Shown here in pieces: positions 53,045 through 62,650 of a stretch of DNA of 64,000 nt. Source of the DNA: a virus (lineage: Duplodnaviria; Caudoviricetes); the IMG/VR virus record IMGVR_UViG_3300021256_000100, positions 4,177-68,176 of that record, one strand, 5' to 3'. Position numbers and translations under genes: made by a program. The notes beneath the pieces are model-generated. The model had not been told where the DNA came from. It saw nothing but the letters and a program-made list of their open reading frames with translations, and ran no database searches. Within the stretch, counting starts at the first letter, position 1, and each line of letters begins with the position of its first letter.

Positions 53045-54457
53045 ATGGAAAAACAAGATATCATGGATTATGTATTAAAAACACCGGAAAATACTAATCC
53101 GGCTATATTAAAGAGCATGTTGGATCAATTAGAGGAAGGCTCTGGTGGCAGTGGTAGTTCTTCTGCCGGGAAAAAGCAAGTCAACTTCATCGATTATGAC
53201 GGCACAATCCTGTATTCATATACGGCAGAAGAAGCACAAGCTTTAACTGCTCTGCCTGAAAATCCGTCTCATAGTGGACTTATTGCTCAAGGGTGGAACT
53301 GGTCTTTGGAGAATATTAAGTCTCAGCTTACGAATGTTGGTGGAGATGTTTGGGTTGGACAAATGTACGATACGGAAAGCGGAAAGACGGAGATCGACAT
53401 TAACGTTGATAATCCCGATTTCTTGAGTCCATATTTGGCGATTGCGGTTAATGGCACTTGCACTATCGATTGGGGCGATGGAACTGCTACGGATACCGTG
53501 ACAGGAACATCGTATGATACGCCTACGTTTACGCCTCATGTGTATGCAACGACAGGGCGATATACGATTAGTATTGATGGTCCGATGGGGTTTTTTGGCG
53601 GCTCGTCTTTGAATGGATCCTTATTAACGGACAAAGCGTCTCTGTCAAATAGAAGAACGTATTCTCAATATGTCGAGGCAATACGATGTGCGGACGGTGT
53701 GCACATAGGGGCTTGTCCGTTCAGCGGTTGCTTTGCACTCCAATCAATCACTATTCCTGATGGAGTCACGAGCATAGTGTACGATGCGTTCCAGAACTGT
53801 TATGCTCTTCAATCAATCACTATTCCTGATGGAGTCACGAGTATAGGGAACGGTGCGTTCAATTACTGTTATTCCCTTCAATCAATCACTATACCTAATA
53901 GTGTGACGAGTATAGGGGGTGGTGTGTTCTATAGCTGTTATGCGCTTCAATCAATCACTATTCCTGAAGGAGTCACAAGCATAGGTGGCAATACGTTCCA
54001 GGCCTGTTATGCACTCCAATCAATCACTATTCCCGATGGGGTTACAAGCATAGGTAGCAATGCGTTCTATGGCTGTTCTACTCTTCAATCAATCACTATA
54101 CCTGATAGTGTGACGAGCATAGGAGGGAATGCGTTCGCTTACTGTTCTGTGCTTCAATCAATCACCATTCATAATGGGGTTACGAGTATAGGGGATTATG
54201 CGTTCGATAACTGTTATGCGCTTCAATCCATCACCATACCTGATGGAGTGAAAAATATAGGAAGCAATGCGTTCGGCAATTGCCCTTCAATCATGGAATA
54301 CCACTTCCTCCCAACGACACCTCCAAAGCTTAACAAAAACGCTTTTACTGGCATAATCGCAGGTACCATCATCTATGTTCCTCAAGGCTCTCTCGAAGCC
54401 TACAAGACGGCAAATAACTGGTCTAACTATGCATCCTATATGCATGAAGAACCGTGA
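53045..54457 (+). CDS. BspA-type LRR protein B with N-terminal [20 protein letters not shown] peptide
   Basis: About 9 LRR_5 repeats; paralog of 51209-52783. Confidence 0.9.
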   Translation: MEKQDIMDYVLKTPENTNPAILKSMLDQLEEGSGGSGSSSAGKKQVNFIDYDGTILYSYTAEEAQALTALPENPSHSGLIAQGWNWSLENIKSQLTNVGGDVWVGQMYDTESGKTEIDINVDNPDFLSPYLAIAVNGTCTIDWGDGTATDTVTGTSYDTPTFTPHVYATTGRYTISIDGPMGFFGGSSLNGSLLTDKASLSNRRTYSQYVEAIRCADGVHIGACPFSGCFALQSITIPDGVTSIVYDAFQNCYALQSITIPDGVTSIGNGAFNYCYSLQSITIPNSVTSIGGGVFYSCYALQSITIPEGVTSIGGNTFQACYALQSITIPDGVTSIGSNAFYGCSTLQSITIPDSVTSIGGNAFAYCSVLQSITIHNGVTSIGDYAFDNCYALQSITIPDGVKNIGSNAFGNCPSIMEYHFLPTTPPKLNKNAFTGIIAGTIIYVPQGSLEAYKTANNWSNYASYMHEEP

Positions 54458-54577
54458 TGATAAAACAGAACTTTTAATAAGCCCGAAACAGTCCTTCTAA
54501 TCTCAGAAATTCGCCTTATCTGTCCTTCTCTCTGCTCTACCATTGTGGTAGGATAAAGCAAAAAGGAGGACAGTATA

Positions 54578-54748
54578 ATGCGAGGACATATTCCAAGTAA
54601 AGAACTTGAGGATGCAATCATCTTTTTAGATCACGCATGGTTAGAGACGGAGGAACAGTATTACAAAGGGGCAAGAAACTTGCTGATGTTTATACTCGCT
54701 CACGAGGGAAAAACATTATCTGTGAGCGACAACAAACACGAGGCATAG
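54578..54748 (+). CDS. 56-aa hypothetical protein (not in ORF track)
   Basis: AAGGAGG RBS. Confidence 0.5.
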   Translation: MRGHIPSKELEDAIIFLDHAWLETEEQYYKGARNLLMFILAHEGKTLSVSDNKHEA

Positions 54749-54799
54749 CACTGCTATGTCCTCTATAATTTTGTTACCACAATATGAGGAGGATTTATT

Positions 54800-55360
54800 A
54801 TGGAAAAACAAGATATTATGGATTATGTATTAAAAACACCGGAAAATACTAATCCGGCTATATTAAAGAGCATGTTGGATCAATTAGAGGAAGGCTCTGG
54901 TGGAGGAGGTGGCAGTGGCGGTGATGTTATTTCAGGTGATGTAATTTATAAATTTAGAGAACCAAAAACCGATATTGATTTTACATCAAATGATAGATAT
55001 CAGCCAAAGATTGAAGAAGTAATCATCAAAAACATTGGTGGAAAAGCACATATCCAACCCTATTTATCAAGCTTTGAACGGGTCATTGTTGAAGCGCCCT
55101 TGTCTATTCCTAACGGTGGTCTTGGCGCTTTTTACTCAAATAGCAACAATTATGAAACTCGTTACCTTTATCTTTCGGATAAAATCGTAAGCATGGAGGA
55201 TTACGCGTTTTCCGATTCACGTATTAGCGGAAACGTTGTTGTTGATTGCGGTTTTTCGGAAGACAAATTTCCTACAGCAATGGCAAAAGCTGTTGAGTTA
55301 GGAATTGAAGTAAATTACAACATTCCAGAACCTAGAAGCATAGGCGGTGTTGCCGAATAA
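54800..55360 (+). CDS. Protein sharing the N-terminal 35 aa of 53045-54457, different C-terminal domain
   Basis: Near-identical RBS and 5' sequence over about 120 bp. Confidence 0.75.
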   Translation: MEKQDIMDYVLKTPENTNPAILKSMLDQLEEGSGGGGGSGGDVISGDVIYKFREPKTDIDFTSNDRYQPKIEEVIIKNIGGKAHIQPYLSSFERVIVEAPLSIPNGGLGAFYSNSNNYETRYLYLSDKIVSMEDYAFSDSRISGNVVVDCGFSEDKFPTAMAKAVELGIEVNYNIPEPRSIGGVAE

Positions 55361-55459
55361 TGAAAATTCTAATAAACCTGAAACAGTCCTTCTAATCTCA
55401 GAAATTTGACTTTCTCTCAAAAATATGTTATTATATTAACATATAAGGAGGGAAAACAA

Positions 55460-55843
55460 ATGAACTTACCAATACAAAAAGCTTTCAAACTTTTAGATGC
55501 TTACGAAAAAATTCGTACTCAAAAATTACCAATAAAAACCGCGTATAAATTCACAAAAATCTTCTCTGAAATAGAAAAAGAAACAGATTTCTACTACACA
55601 AAATTAAAAGAAATAATAGACTCATACGCGGCGAGAGACGAAAATGGTCAGATGATACCTGCCGAGGATGGTAACGGCGTAAAAATAAAAGAAGATTCCA
55701 TCCCCGCTTGTCAGGCTGAAATAAATGAATTAGCCTCATTAGAAGTTATTTTGCCAGACATCTATTTCTCCCTAGAAGAAATGGAAAAGCTTGAATTAAC
55801 AGTAGATGAATTTTCTTTATTCCTACCTTTCATAAAAGAATAA
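55460..55843 (+). CDS. Hypothetical protein
   Basis: AAGGAGG RBS; TTGACT promoter-like element upstream. Confidence 0.65.
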   Translation: MNLPIQKAFKLLDAYEKIRTQKLPIKTAYKFTKIFSEIEKETDFYYTKLKEIIDSYAARDENGQMIPAEDGNGVKIKEDSIPACQAEINELASLEVILPDIYFSLEEMEKLELTVDEFSLFLPFIKE

Positions 55844-55868
55844 GAGAGCCATTTAGGCTCTCTTTTTT
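55842..55868. terminator. Bidirectional terminator between convergent blocks
   Basis: AAGAGAGCC/GGCTCTCTT plus T tract. Confidence 0.75.
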
Positions 55869-56586
55869 ATTCCCAATTCACTATTTCATTTTGTTTTCTA
55901 AAAGCGTCCGCAGCATATTTCCCTATGCCTATAGCATCTGACTCATCATCAGTCACACTAATATCAAACCATTGCTTCACAAGCAACTGCATGGAGCGCT
56001 TTTTGTCGTTTCTTTGCTTCCCTTTGACGCCACAGTGCGCGCGCCAGGTATTTGTAGGACATACCTTACAAGGAATTCCTAATTCATAACAAAGATCTAA
56101 TAATACGCCTTGAAGTCTGGCTAAGGTCTGAAATGTGGTAACTCCAAAATTTTGTTGATATTGGATCCCTTCTATAGCTACGATATCTGGCTTCCAATTC
56201 TCTATCATACAAGTCAACCAAACCTTTACATCATTAAATCTTTTTACTTCATCTTCTGAAGAAGAATTATATACTCCATACCTTACAAGATTATTACCAT
56301 CAAAAACCGACCATCCAGTATTATAAGTTGCTTGGTCTAGCGCGAGAACTCTGTTCTCGCCTTTTTTCTTTTCTACTAAAATGGGTTTATTTATCTTTAA
56401 TGTGTTCTGCTTGCACACAGGGCACTCGCGCCGCGTACGTATTTTTTTCCAAGGCGCGAATACCTTGTGGCCCTCAGCGCACAAAAACTCCATTTCTGTA
56501 TCTAAATTTTTATATTCTGTTGATAGAACCTGCCACCCTTCTTCTTTTAATGTTTGAGAGATTGACTCTAAAGTAATTTTAGACAT
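55867..56586 (-). CDS. ruvC: RuvC-like Holliday junction resolvase with N-terminal Zn ribbon
   Basis: VLALDQAT, VAIEG, DDESDAIGIG motifs; CAEGH...CPVC. Confidence 0.75.
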   Translation of the reverse strand: MSKITLESISQTLKEEGWQVLSTEYKNLDTEMEFLCAEGHKVFAPWKKIRTRRECPVCKQNTLKINKPILVEKKKGENRVLALDQATYNTGWSVFDGNNLVRYGVYNSSSEDEVKRFNDVKVWLTCMIENWKPDIVAIEGIQYQQNFGVTTFQTLARLQGVLLDLCYELGIPCKVCPTNTWRAHCGVKGKQRNDKKRSMQLLVKQWFDISVTDDESDAIGIGKYAADAFRKQNEIVNWE

Positions 56587-56590
56587 TGTC

Positions 56591-57502
56591 TTATAGGCCT
56601 GTACTACCGAAGCCTCCACCTCTGTCTTCACCAATTCCACTTACGTTTTCTACAGTATAAAAAGCGGCCTTTGGAACTTCGCACAAAACTAGTTGCGCAA
56701 ACTTCTCTCCCTTTCCAATATAGAAGTTAGAGCCATATTGTATAGAAGTAACCTTTAAGTGGTCTACCTTTCCTTCTGAATCTAATACTTCTTCAAATTT
56801 TATATCTTTAATTGGAGGTTCTACGTTTTCAATTATTACCTTAATTTCGTCTCGATATCCCTGATCAATTGTTCCAGGTGTGTTTGCAACTCGTAATTTT
56901 GTTTTGAGCGCGCGCCCACTCTTGGGACGAACTTGCAGTTCATATCCTGGCGGCAGAGCAACCTTAATTCCGGTAGGTACTAAAACAGTTTCTCCCGGTG
57001 CGACTACAATATCATCCAAAGCAAACACATCCATTCCGCTATCTGTCTGATGAGCGTACTGCGGTACACTTGCACCCGGCGCGCATAGCTGGATTGGAAT
57101 CTTAACGATTCTCTTAGAAATACCTTCTGTATCGTTCACTGCAGTGGCAATAGAGGCAAAGATTTGCTTTAAAAAGTCTCTTTTTGCAACTGACAAACTC
57201 ATTTTGTCGATTTCCTTTTCCAAGGTGACGAAAGCTTCTTCTACGTCATCTGCCTTAAGTCCTAACGCATTAAAGGACTGAACCAATCCAATTTTATCGC
57301 TTGGATTGTTAAGGCTCTGCTGGTAGGACTGCATTACTCCAGGCGCGACCAAAACGAATTGATCTTCGGGAAGCGCTAGAAGTCTGAAGAGGCCTTCCAT
57401 TAGGTCTCCACTACCCTCTTTAAGTTCCGCAGTCTCTTCTAAAGATTTTAATGCCTTCTGCAGTTCATCTTGTGTAATTTTGGTTGTCTTCGAAGCTTCC
57501 AT
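56591..57502 (-). CDS. dut: Trimeric dUTPase with N-terminal extension
   Basis: SGMDV, RPKSG, GTIDQGYRDEI, RGGGFGSTG motifs. Confidence 0.92.
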   Translation of the reverse strand: MEASKTTKITQDELQKALKSLEETAELKEGSGDLMEGLFRLLALPEDQFVLVAPGVMQSYQQSLNNPSDKIGLVQSFNALGLKADDVEEAFVTLEKEIDKMSLSVAKRDFLKQIFASIATAVNDTEGISKRIVKIPIQLCAPGASVPQYAHQTDSGMDVFALDDIVVAPGETVLVPTGIKVALPPGYELQVRPKSGRALKTKLRVANTPGTIDQGYRDEIKVIIENVEPPIKDIKFEEVLDSEGKVDHLKVTSIQYGSNFYIGKGEKFAQLVLCEVPKAAFYTVENVSGIGEDRGGGFGSTGL

Positions 57503-57729
57503 TACGCCAAATCCTCCCAAAGATTGGCAAAGGTCTGAGTTACTGTAACAACCCAAACTTCTCCAATAATTTCTCCCTTGGACTTTTTAGTCTTATACTC
57601 GTAACCAGCTTTTTTTACTACATATCCTTTGCTCGCGGCCTCTGTTCTAAAAGCCTCGATCATGTCCTTCGCTTCAACTTCAGTGCTAGCGCAAAATTTA
57701 CTTGTGGTTTCTAATAGCATTTCCTTCAC
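57502..57729 (-). CDS. Hypothetical protein
   Basis: Coupled ORF. Confidence 0.6.
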   Translation of the reverse strand: MKEMLLETTSKFCASTEVEAKDMIEAFRTEAASKGYVVKKAGYEYKTKKSKGEIIGEVWVVTVTQTFANLWEDLA

Positions 57730-58319
57730 TCTCCTGTAATAAGTTTACTTTGCGGCAATGTCTCTATCCATTCACAGAAACTTCTCCATTCTGGAAGTCT
57801 GTGGTTGCGTCGCTGATGATAAATGGTTTTCAGTTGCCGATAATTGGTAGTCATTCCCGCGGTTAACTTAAAACCGCAAGGATTGGAATATAAGATTTCC
57901 AAATATTTTTCTTTTTTCTCTTCTTCATCAGCCGCATTATACTCTGCCACTTTTTCTTTCATTATCGCTATAATTCTTGGATCAACATAATCAATATATG
58001 CCGCATCTAAATCGAACTTTGTAATTCTATGCATTGTACTTTGCGAACTAACAAAATCAAAGAAATGATATCTTTCAGCCTCTGTCCAAGCCTTAACAGT
58101 AAAAGTTAAATCAAATTGAACAATTACTCCAGTTAACCATTGATCGTGTCCTTCTCCCTGAGGAGAAGTGGCCAGTTTCTCTATGCCCTTTGTCAACTCA
58201 ACATTTAGCGTTTCAGGCGCCACCGACATCGGAAACTTCGCGCGCCGTATACTTTCCTCTAAACCATACACAGTACACTTAGAAACTGGTCCATAATCTT
58301 TAACTTTTAAATCACTCAT
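57726..58319 (-). CDS. Divergent ThyX-like (flavin-dependent thymidylate synthase-like) protein
   Basis: GHDQWL, ERYHFFDFVSSQSTMH, TNYRQL, RRNHRLPEW; nucleotide-metabolism context. Confidence 0.55.
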   Translation of the reverse strand: MSDLKVKDYGPVSKCTVYGLEESIRRAKFPMSVAPETLNVELTKGIEKLATSPQGEGHDQWLTGVIVQFDLTFTVKAWTEAERYHFFDFVSSQSTMHRITKFDLDAAYIDYVDPRIIAIMKEKVAEYNAADEEEKKEKYLEILYSNPCGFKLTAGMTTNYRQLKTIYHQRRNHRLPEWRSFCEWIETLPQSKLITGE

Positions 58320-58845
58320 TTTCTCCTCTATAAAATTTAGCATATTGATTATCGCTTGATAAATTCACTCCTAAAATTTCATCATAATGAGGTTCATTAT
58401 CGGGGCGAAATCTACCAAATTTTACTATGATGTTTCCACTATTTTTAATGTTTTGCCAATATTGTTTTTGTATTTCTTTAGGATATCTGGTACCAAACTC
58501 GCCGTTTTCTATTTCTTCTTCTGTATATCCAGTATATATTACAATTAGATCATTGCACTTATATTGTCTTCTTATACAATCAATAAAAGAGAATAAATCA
58601 AATTCACTATCAAAGGGTTCTAATCCGCCTAAAACGAAAGCTTCTGTTATGGGATTTTTGAGATATCTTTCTATAAGACTTTCTTTTGAAAACTCTTTTA
58701 TAGGCTCATTAGCGAGACTCCAATTTTGGCAAACTTGACATCCACTTTCCTTATCACACTTAAAGGTACAAGTCGGAAACGCTATATACATTGACGGAAG
58801 CTTAAAATTTATAAAATCCTCCTCAATGACTCCCTTTATTTTCAT
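58312..58845 (-). CDS. nrdG: Anaerobic RNR activating enzyme (radical SAM)
   Basis: CTFKC...CQVCQN, LGGLEP, YTGY, SSDNQYA; next to nrdD. Confidence 0.85.
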   Translation of the reverse strand: MKIKGVIEEDFINFKLPSMYIAFPTCTFKCDKESGCQVCQNWSLANEPIKEFSKESLIERYLKNPITEAFVLGGLEPFDSEFDLFSFIDCIRRQYKCNDLIVIYTGYTEEEIENGEFGTRYPKEIQKQYWQNIKNSGNIIVKFGRFRPDNEPHYDEILGVNLSSDNQYAKFYRGENE

Positions 58846-59071
58846 TTCTTCCCTCTTCCAATCCTTTTAAATATCCACTTGTGTAGCAATCATCAGAGTA
58901 TTTTTTAATATTGTTCCAGACGCTAGGAAATAAGAAAAGTAGTATAAATTGAAGAGTTATTTTCTCATTACCATCTAAATTTTCAAGCTTCTTATTTAAC
59001 ATACGAATCCGCTTTACAGGAACAGATGGCATTGTCTCAGTGGTCTTTACTTTTTTATTTAAATGCTCCAT
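58823..59071 (-). CDS. Hypothetical protein
   Basis: Coupled ORF. Confidence 0.55.
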   Translation of the reverse strand: MEHLNKKVKTTETMPSVPVKRIRMLNKKLENLDGNEKITLQFILLFLFPSVWNNIKKYSDDCYTSGYLKGLEEGRNENKGSH

Positions 59072-59541
59072 TAGGCTCTCTCACCTTTTTCATTTAAGGG
59101 CATCCATTCTCGAAGCTTGCCCTCTTCTTGTCTCTGCTCTGACCAAGTAATTGTCGGTACATAAAATCCAACTACTCTCGTATATTCCAAATATTTTGGC
59201 TCCTTGCAATGCGGACAGACATCTCCGTAAAAACTATGATGATTTTTACACTGAGAAACTTTTCCGTTAAAAGCGAAGTATGTTACTCCTTGCCGCGCGA
59301 CCCAGTTCAGCATATGCCACGCCTGCTCAAAAGAGGAGAACGGCGCATCTACATTAATATGTTCTATTGAGCCTCCGCTGCAGTAAGAGTCAAAAGCGGC
59401 GCAGATTTTTGTTCTTTCAGCAATCGTAGCCTTAATACCAAGAGGGATCCACTGATTTCCATAAAGTGGTAAATCTTCAACGACTTTCTCTGGGTATAAG
59501 TATTTATCGGCTGTTTGCATCTTCGCTGCGGCTTGTTCTGC
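59071..59541 (-). CDS. nrdD: Anaerobic ribonucleotide reductase, exon 2
   Basis: SGGSIEH, CxxH...CPHC, YTRVVGFY glycyl-radical motif. Confidence 0.9.
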   Translation of the reverse strand, partial: AEQAAAKMQTADKYLYPEKVVEDLPLYGNQWIPLGIKATIAERTKICAAFDSYCSGGSIEHINVDAPFSSFEQAWHMLNWVARQGVTYFAFNGKVSQCKNHHSFYGDVCPHCKEPKYLEYTRVVGFYVPTITWSEQRQEEGKLREWMPLNEKGERA

Positions 59542-60756
59542 CATTCTATTACTTTTATGACCAAATTACATCTTTCTGTAAGCGAATATTATATGGTTCT
59601 AGTTCGCTTTGGTGAGTAAGAAACCATCTTTTAAAAGCGCGACTTTCAAAACATATATCTTCATCATATATTATTTTAAATTTGTAATTATGCTCTTTAC
59701 AAAATTGGTCTGCGCCTTCTAACTCCATTTGCCAACGTTTTTCATCTTCCCAATTAAGATGTGCTTTTGGCTTTAATTCAATTAATAGTTCATTATTAAC
59801 TAAAATATCTGGAGTATAATGATGGTTATTAGGAAGTTTTATTTGAAATGGTTCTACTATATAATTCTCAACTTTTTCGTTTTTTTCTAATTTTAATAAA
59901 TAACTAAGTTCTAAAAAACTTCTAAAATAAAAATCGCGTTGATTTTTAATTGAAAAGAAATATCCATTGTAGCCACGTCCCATTTTCGCGTTATCATATT
60001 TACCATCCTTCCATGCTTGAGATAGTTTCTCCCGAGTCTCTTGAGATACTTCATGCGTCGAATAGTAGGCTTTTAAACTTTGCGAAATTTTGTCGCGCAT
60101 TTCAGGTGTTCTTTCATAAACACCCCATCTACGTTTTCCCTCTAAAGCTTTACAAATATTTTGAATACGTTCTTCTGAGAAGGTTGTGCCGTATGATGAA
60201 TTGCGCCGACCGGCTCGTGAATTAGTATCTATTCCTCTAGCCCTCAAATGTTTGGCCATAGTAGCGTAGCATACATTATACAACGCTGCGATTTCTCCGA
60301 CAAGCAAATAGTAATCATTAAATAAAGTCTCTATCGCAGTTTCGTCTTTATTTAATATCATGTTAATAATTGCTTTATCTTCGATTACTAACTCTGGTTT
60401 CTTATAGTTATTTATTTTAATTTGTGTATCAGTCATTTCAATTTGACCAATCACTTTTCCGGAACTATTTTTAATTTCCATTTCAAAATCTCCTAATATA
60501 TAATTTGGCGGAAACGGTTCTTCTTTAAGGGGTCTGGCTACCTCTGACCATTTCTCTCACCTTTCTATATATAAGTGAGATTAGACTATCGCATCTCCAA
60601 AAAATTGATATAAATTTGGAGGTTCCACATTTAGTCGTTCACGCTGTATTCAAACTTGCGCCCTGTCATCCTTAGCATAAAAGGATTTCCAAGTCAATTA
60701 GTGGAACTTTTCTAATGACGGTTTATGAATTATGCCGCCATGTGCCCACACATTTT
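59542..60756 (-). mobile_element. Group I intron (1215 nt) in nrdD
   Basis: P1 GUGCCU/GGGCAC with U-G at the 5' splice site; terminal G; P3 GUUCCAC/GUGGAAC; P7-like GACUA/UAGUC; splicing restores NIEQVP-AEQAA in frame. Confidence 0.92.
59555..60481 (-). CDS. Intron-encoded putative homing endonuclease (NUMOD3-like repeats plus TnsA-like PD-(D/E)XK domain)
   Basis: RTPEMRDKISQSLK, SQETREKLSQAWK; FRSFLE...YTPDILVNNELLIELKP. Confidence 0.72.
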   Translation of the reverse strand: MEIKNSSGKVIGQIEMTDTQIKINNYKKPELVIEDKAIINMILNKDETAIETLFNDYYLLVGEIAALYNVCYATMAKHLRARGIDTNSRAGRRNSSYGTTFSEERIQNICKALEGKRRWGVYERTPEMRDKISQSLKAYYSTHEVSQETREKLSQAWKDGKYDNAKMGRGYNGYFFSIKNQRDFYFRSFLELSYLLKLEKNEKVENYIVEPFQIKLPNNHHYTPDILVNNELLIELKPKAHLNWEDEKRWQMELEGADQFCKEHNYKFKIIYDEDICFESRAFKRWFLTHQSELEPYNIRLQKDVIWS

Positions 60757-62211
60757 AGGCACCTGCTCTATATTAATCTTATAATTTTTATCTAATACAA
60801 AATTATCAATGCAATTTTTAATTACTTTAAAAATTTTCTTGCCGAGTTCAAAAGCTTCTTCTTTATAGGTAGTATTGCCTAATTCATCGACTTCTACATA
60901 GCCAAAAGTCTTCAACGCTTCATAAATTCCGTTAACACCAACGGTAGAATATAAATGTTCAAAATCAATAAGGCCCGAAGAAAAGTTAGGTAATAATCCC
61001 TTCTCTACATTTCTTTGAATGATTGTGCGCTGGACATGCAAGATTTTTAAATTCATTTCTGTTAAGTCTCTTAGCCTTACCAAAAAATCTTTTTCGTCCT
61101 TACTCTGATAAGCGACTCGCGCGATATTCAAGGTAGACACTTTGACGGATCCAACCTTTAAGGCGCTACCACCGATTGAGTTGAAGTAAAGATCTGTCAC
61201 ATCTGATTTTAAACGGCAACAATTAGAAAGACTATTAACCGTACTATCTGTAAAGAAATTGAAAAGATTCCATTTTCTTGAGGCTTCACATGCCCACTTT
61301 GCAAATTCCTCATCTACGAATTTCCCGTCTTGATAAAGAAGAGACGCTGTCAATACTGGGAAGGTAAAAATGTTTTCTTCTCTAATAGAATTAACAACAT
61401 CAATAAAGTCTTTTTGGAACTGAATAATTTCCTCTTCTTCATCTATCATGAAAGCGCCATCTGGAAATTGGGCGCCACCAAAGATAGCCTCAAAGTAAGG
61501 ATGATCAAATACACTTACGTTTGTAAAAGCCGCTTGGTCTGAGCGTACCCATGGCTGGTTGAGACGATAAATTAATCCCTGAAGCTGCTGTCGTTTATAA
61601 GTTTCGGGGTCTTTTGTATAATACCCTGCTTTTACATCTCTACTCCAGTAATAGTACAAATACGGAATTAAGTTGGGTAATCCGCATGCACCCGACTGTC
61701 GTCTGGCAAGGAAAGCGATAGTTTCCATTAGAATTTGAACGAAGCTGTCAAGGTGCTGCGCGGGCTTCGCATTGTAGTTATCAATAAAGAAAAGTCCTCT
61801 CTCTACAATATCCTTTATATCGTATGCAAAACAATAGCTAATAAAAGTGGCTGTATTAAAGTCGTGCAAATAAATAGCATAACTCCACATAAGCTCCATG
61901 GCCTTGTTAGCATCTTTAAAGCCATATTGCTTATTTAACTCATAATAAAGTTTGTTAAAGGCCATTAGCTTCTGATGCGGCTTAGACATTTCTGACATTA
62001 ATGTAACTACGTCTTTTTGAGAAATGTTCGCATTAGAGTCAACGGATGCATTGGCAACGTTATCAGAATCTACAAAATTGTCAATGAATTCTGTAAGACT
62101 TAATTTTTCATCATTAAGACCTTGTAAACGTAGAAATTCTTCACCATAAGTCTCAACCATTTTGTTAAATTGTGTTTGAAAATTTTTCTTTGTCTTTATA
62201 TTGATATTCAT
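60757..62211 (-). CDS. nrdD: Anaerobic ribonucleotide reductase, exon 1
   Basis: QSGACG, FTNVS, SNCCRL, GSVKVSTLN, TVGVNG motifs. Confidence 0.9.
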
Positions 62212-62456
62212 GCTTTTACCTCACAACTATCACACTCAGGTAAGATTTCTTCTGCGTCCCAGGCTTTAATCCAATTTACTGCTTCTTTAAAGTCCAATAT
62301 TTTTTCATCTACTCCAAGGGCTGGCGCGCTTTTGATGCCAAGAGACAACATTTTCTGCACATCTGTCTCTTCTGTAAATTCGATATTTTTTTCTCGCAAT
62401 TTGGCTTCTAGAACACTACATCTTGGGCAATGTGTTGAGTACAAAGTAATTTTCAT
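62208..62456 (-). CDS. Glutaredoxin/NrdH-like redoxin
   Basis: YSTHCPRC, SAPAL; next to nrdD. Confidence 0.8.
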   Translation of the reverse strand: MKITLYSTHCPRCSVLEAKLREKNIEFTEETDVQKMLSLGIKSAPALGVDEKILDFKEAVNWIKAWDAEEILPECDSCEVKA

Positions 62457-62650
62457 TTTCCGCTCCTTTTTCTGCAATAAATGCAAAAGCCATCTTCTCT
62501 ATATTCATGAGGACAAATGCTTTGCAAATATTTTATTTTTTCTTGTGCTTCGCGCACTTCATTATTCAAAACAAAAAAAGAAGGGGTTAGACTATTAGCA
62601 ATAAACTCGCTTAAGTCATCTATTTTCTTTCTTATTTCAATCCCATTCAC
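62453..62650 (-). CDS. Small Zn-ribbon protein
   Basis: CPH...CIYC. Confidence 0.6.
   Translation of the reverse strand: MNGIEIRKKIDDLSEFIANSLTPSFFVLNNEVREAQEKIKYLQSICPHEYREDGFCIYCRKRSGK

Noticed and set aside
51209-54457. The two LRR genes as a DGR VR/TR pair
   Set aside because: Both are intact coding genes that differ at many non-A and synonymous positions; no RT in the window
59071-62211. nrdD as a pseudogene or split gene
   Set aside because: The interruption is explained by a group I intron that restores the frame
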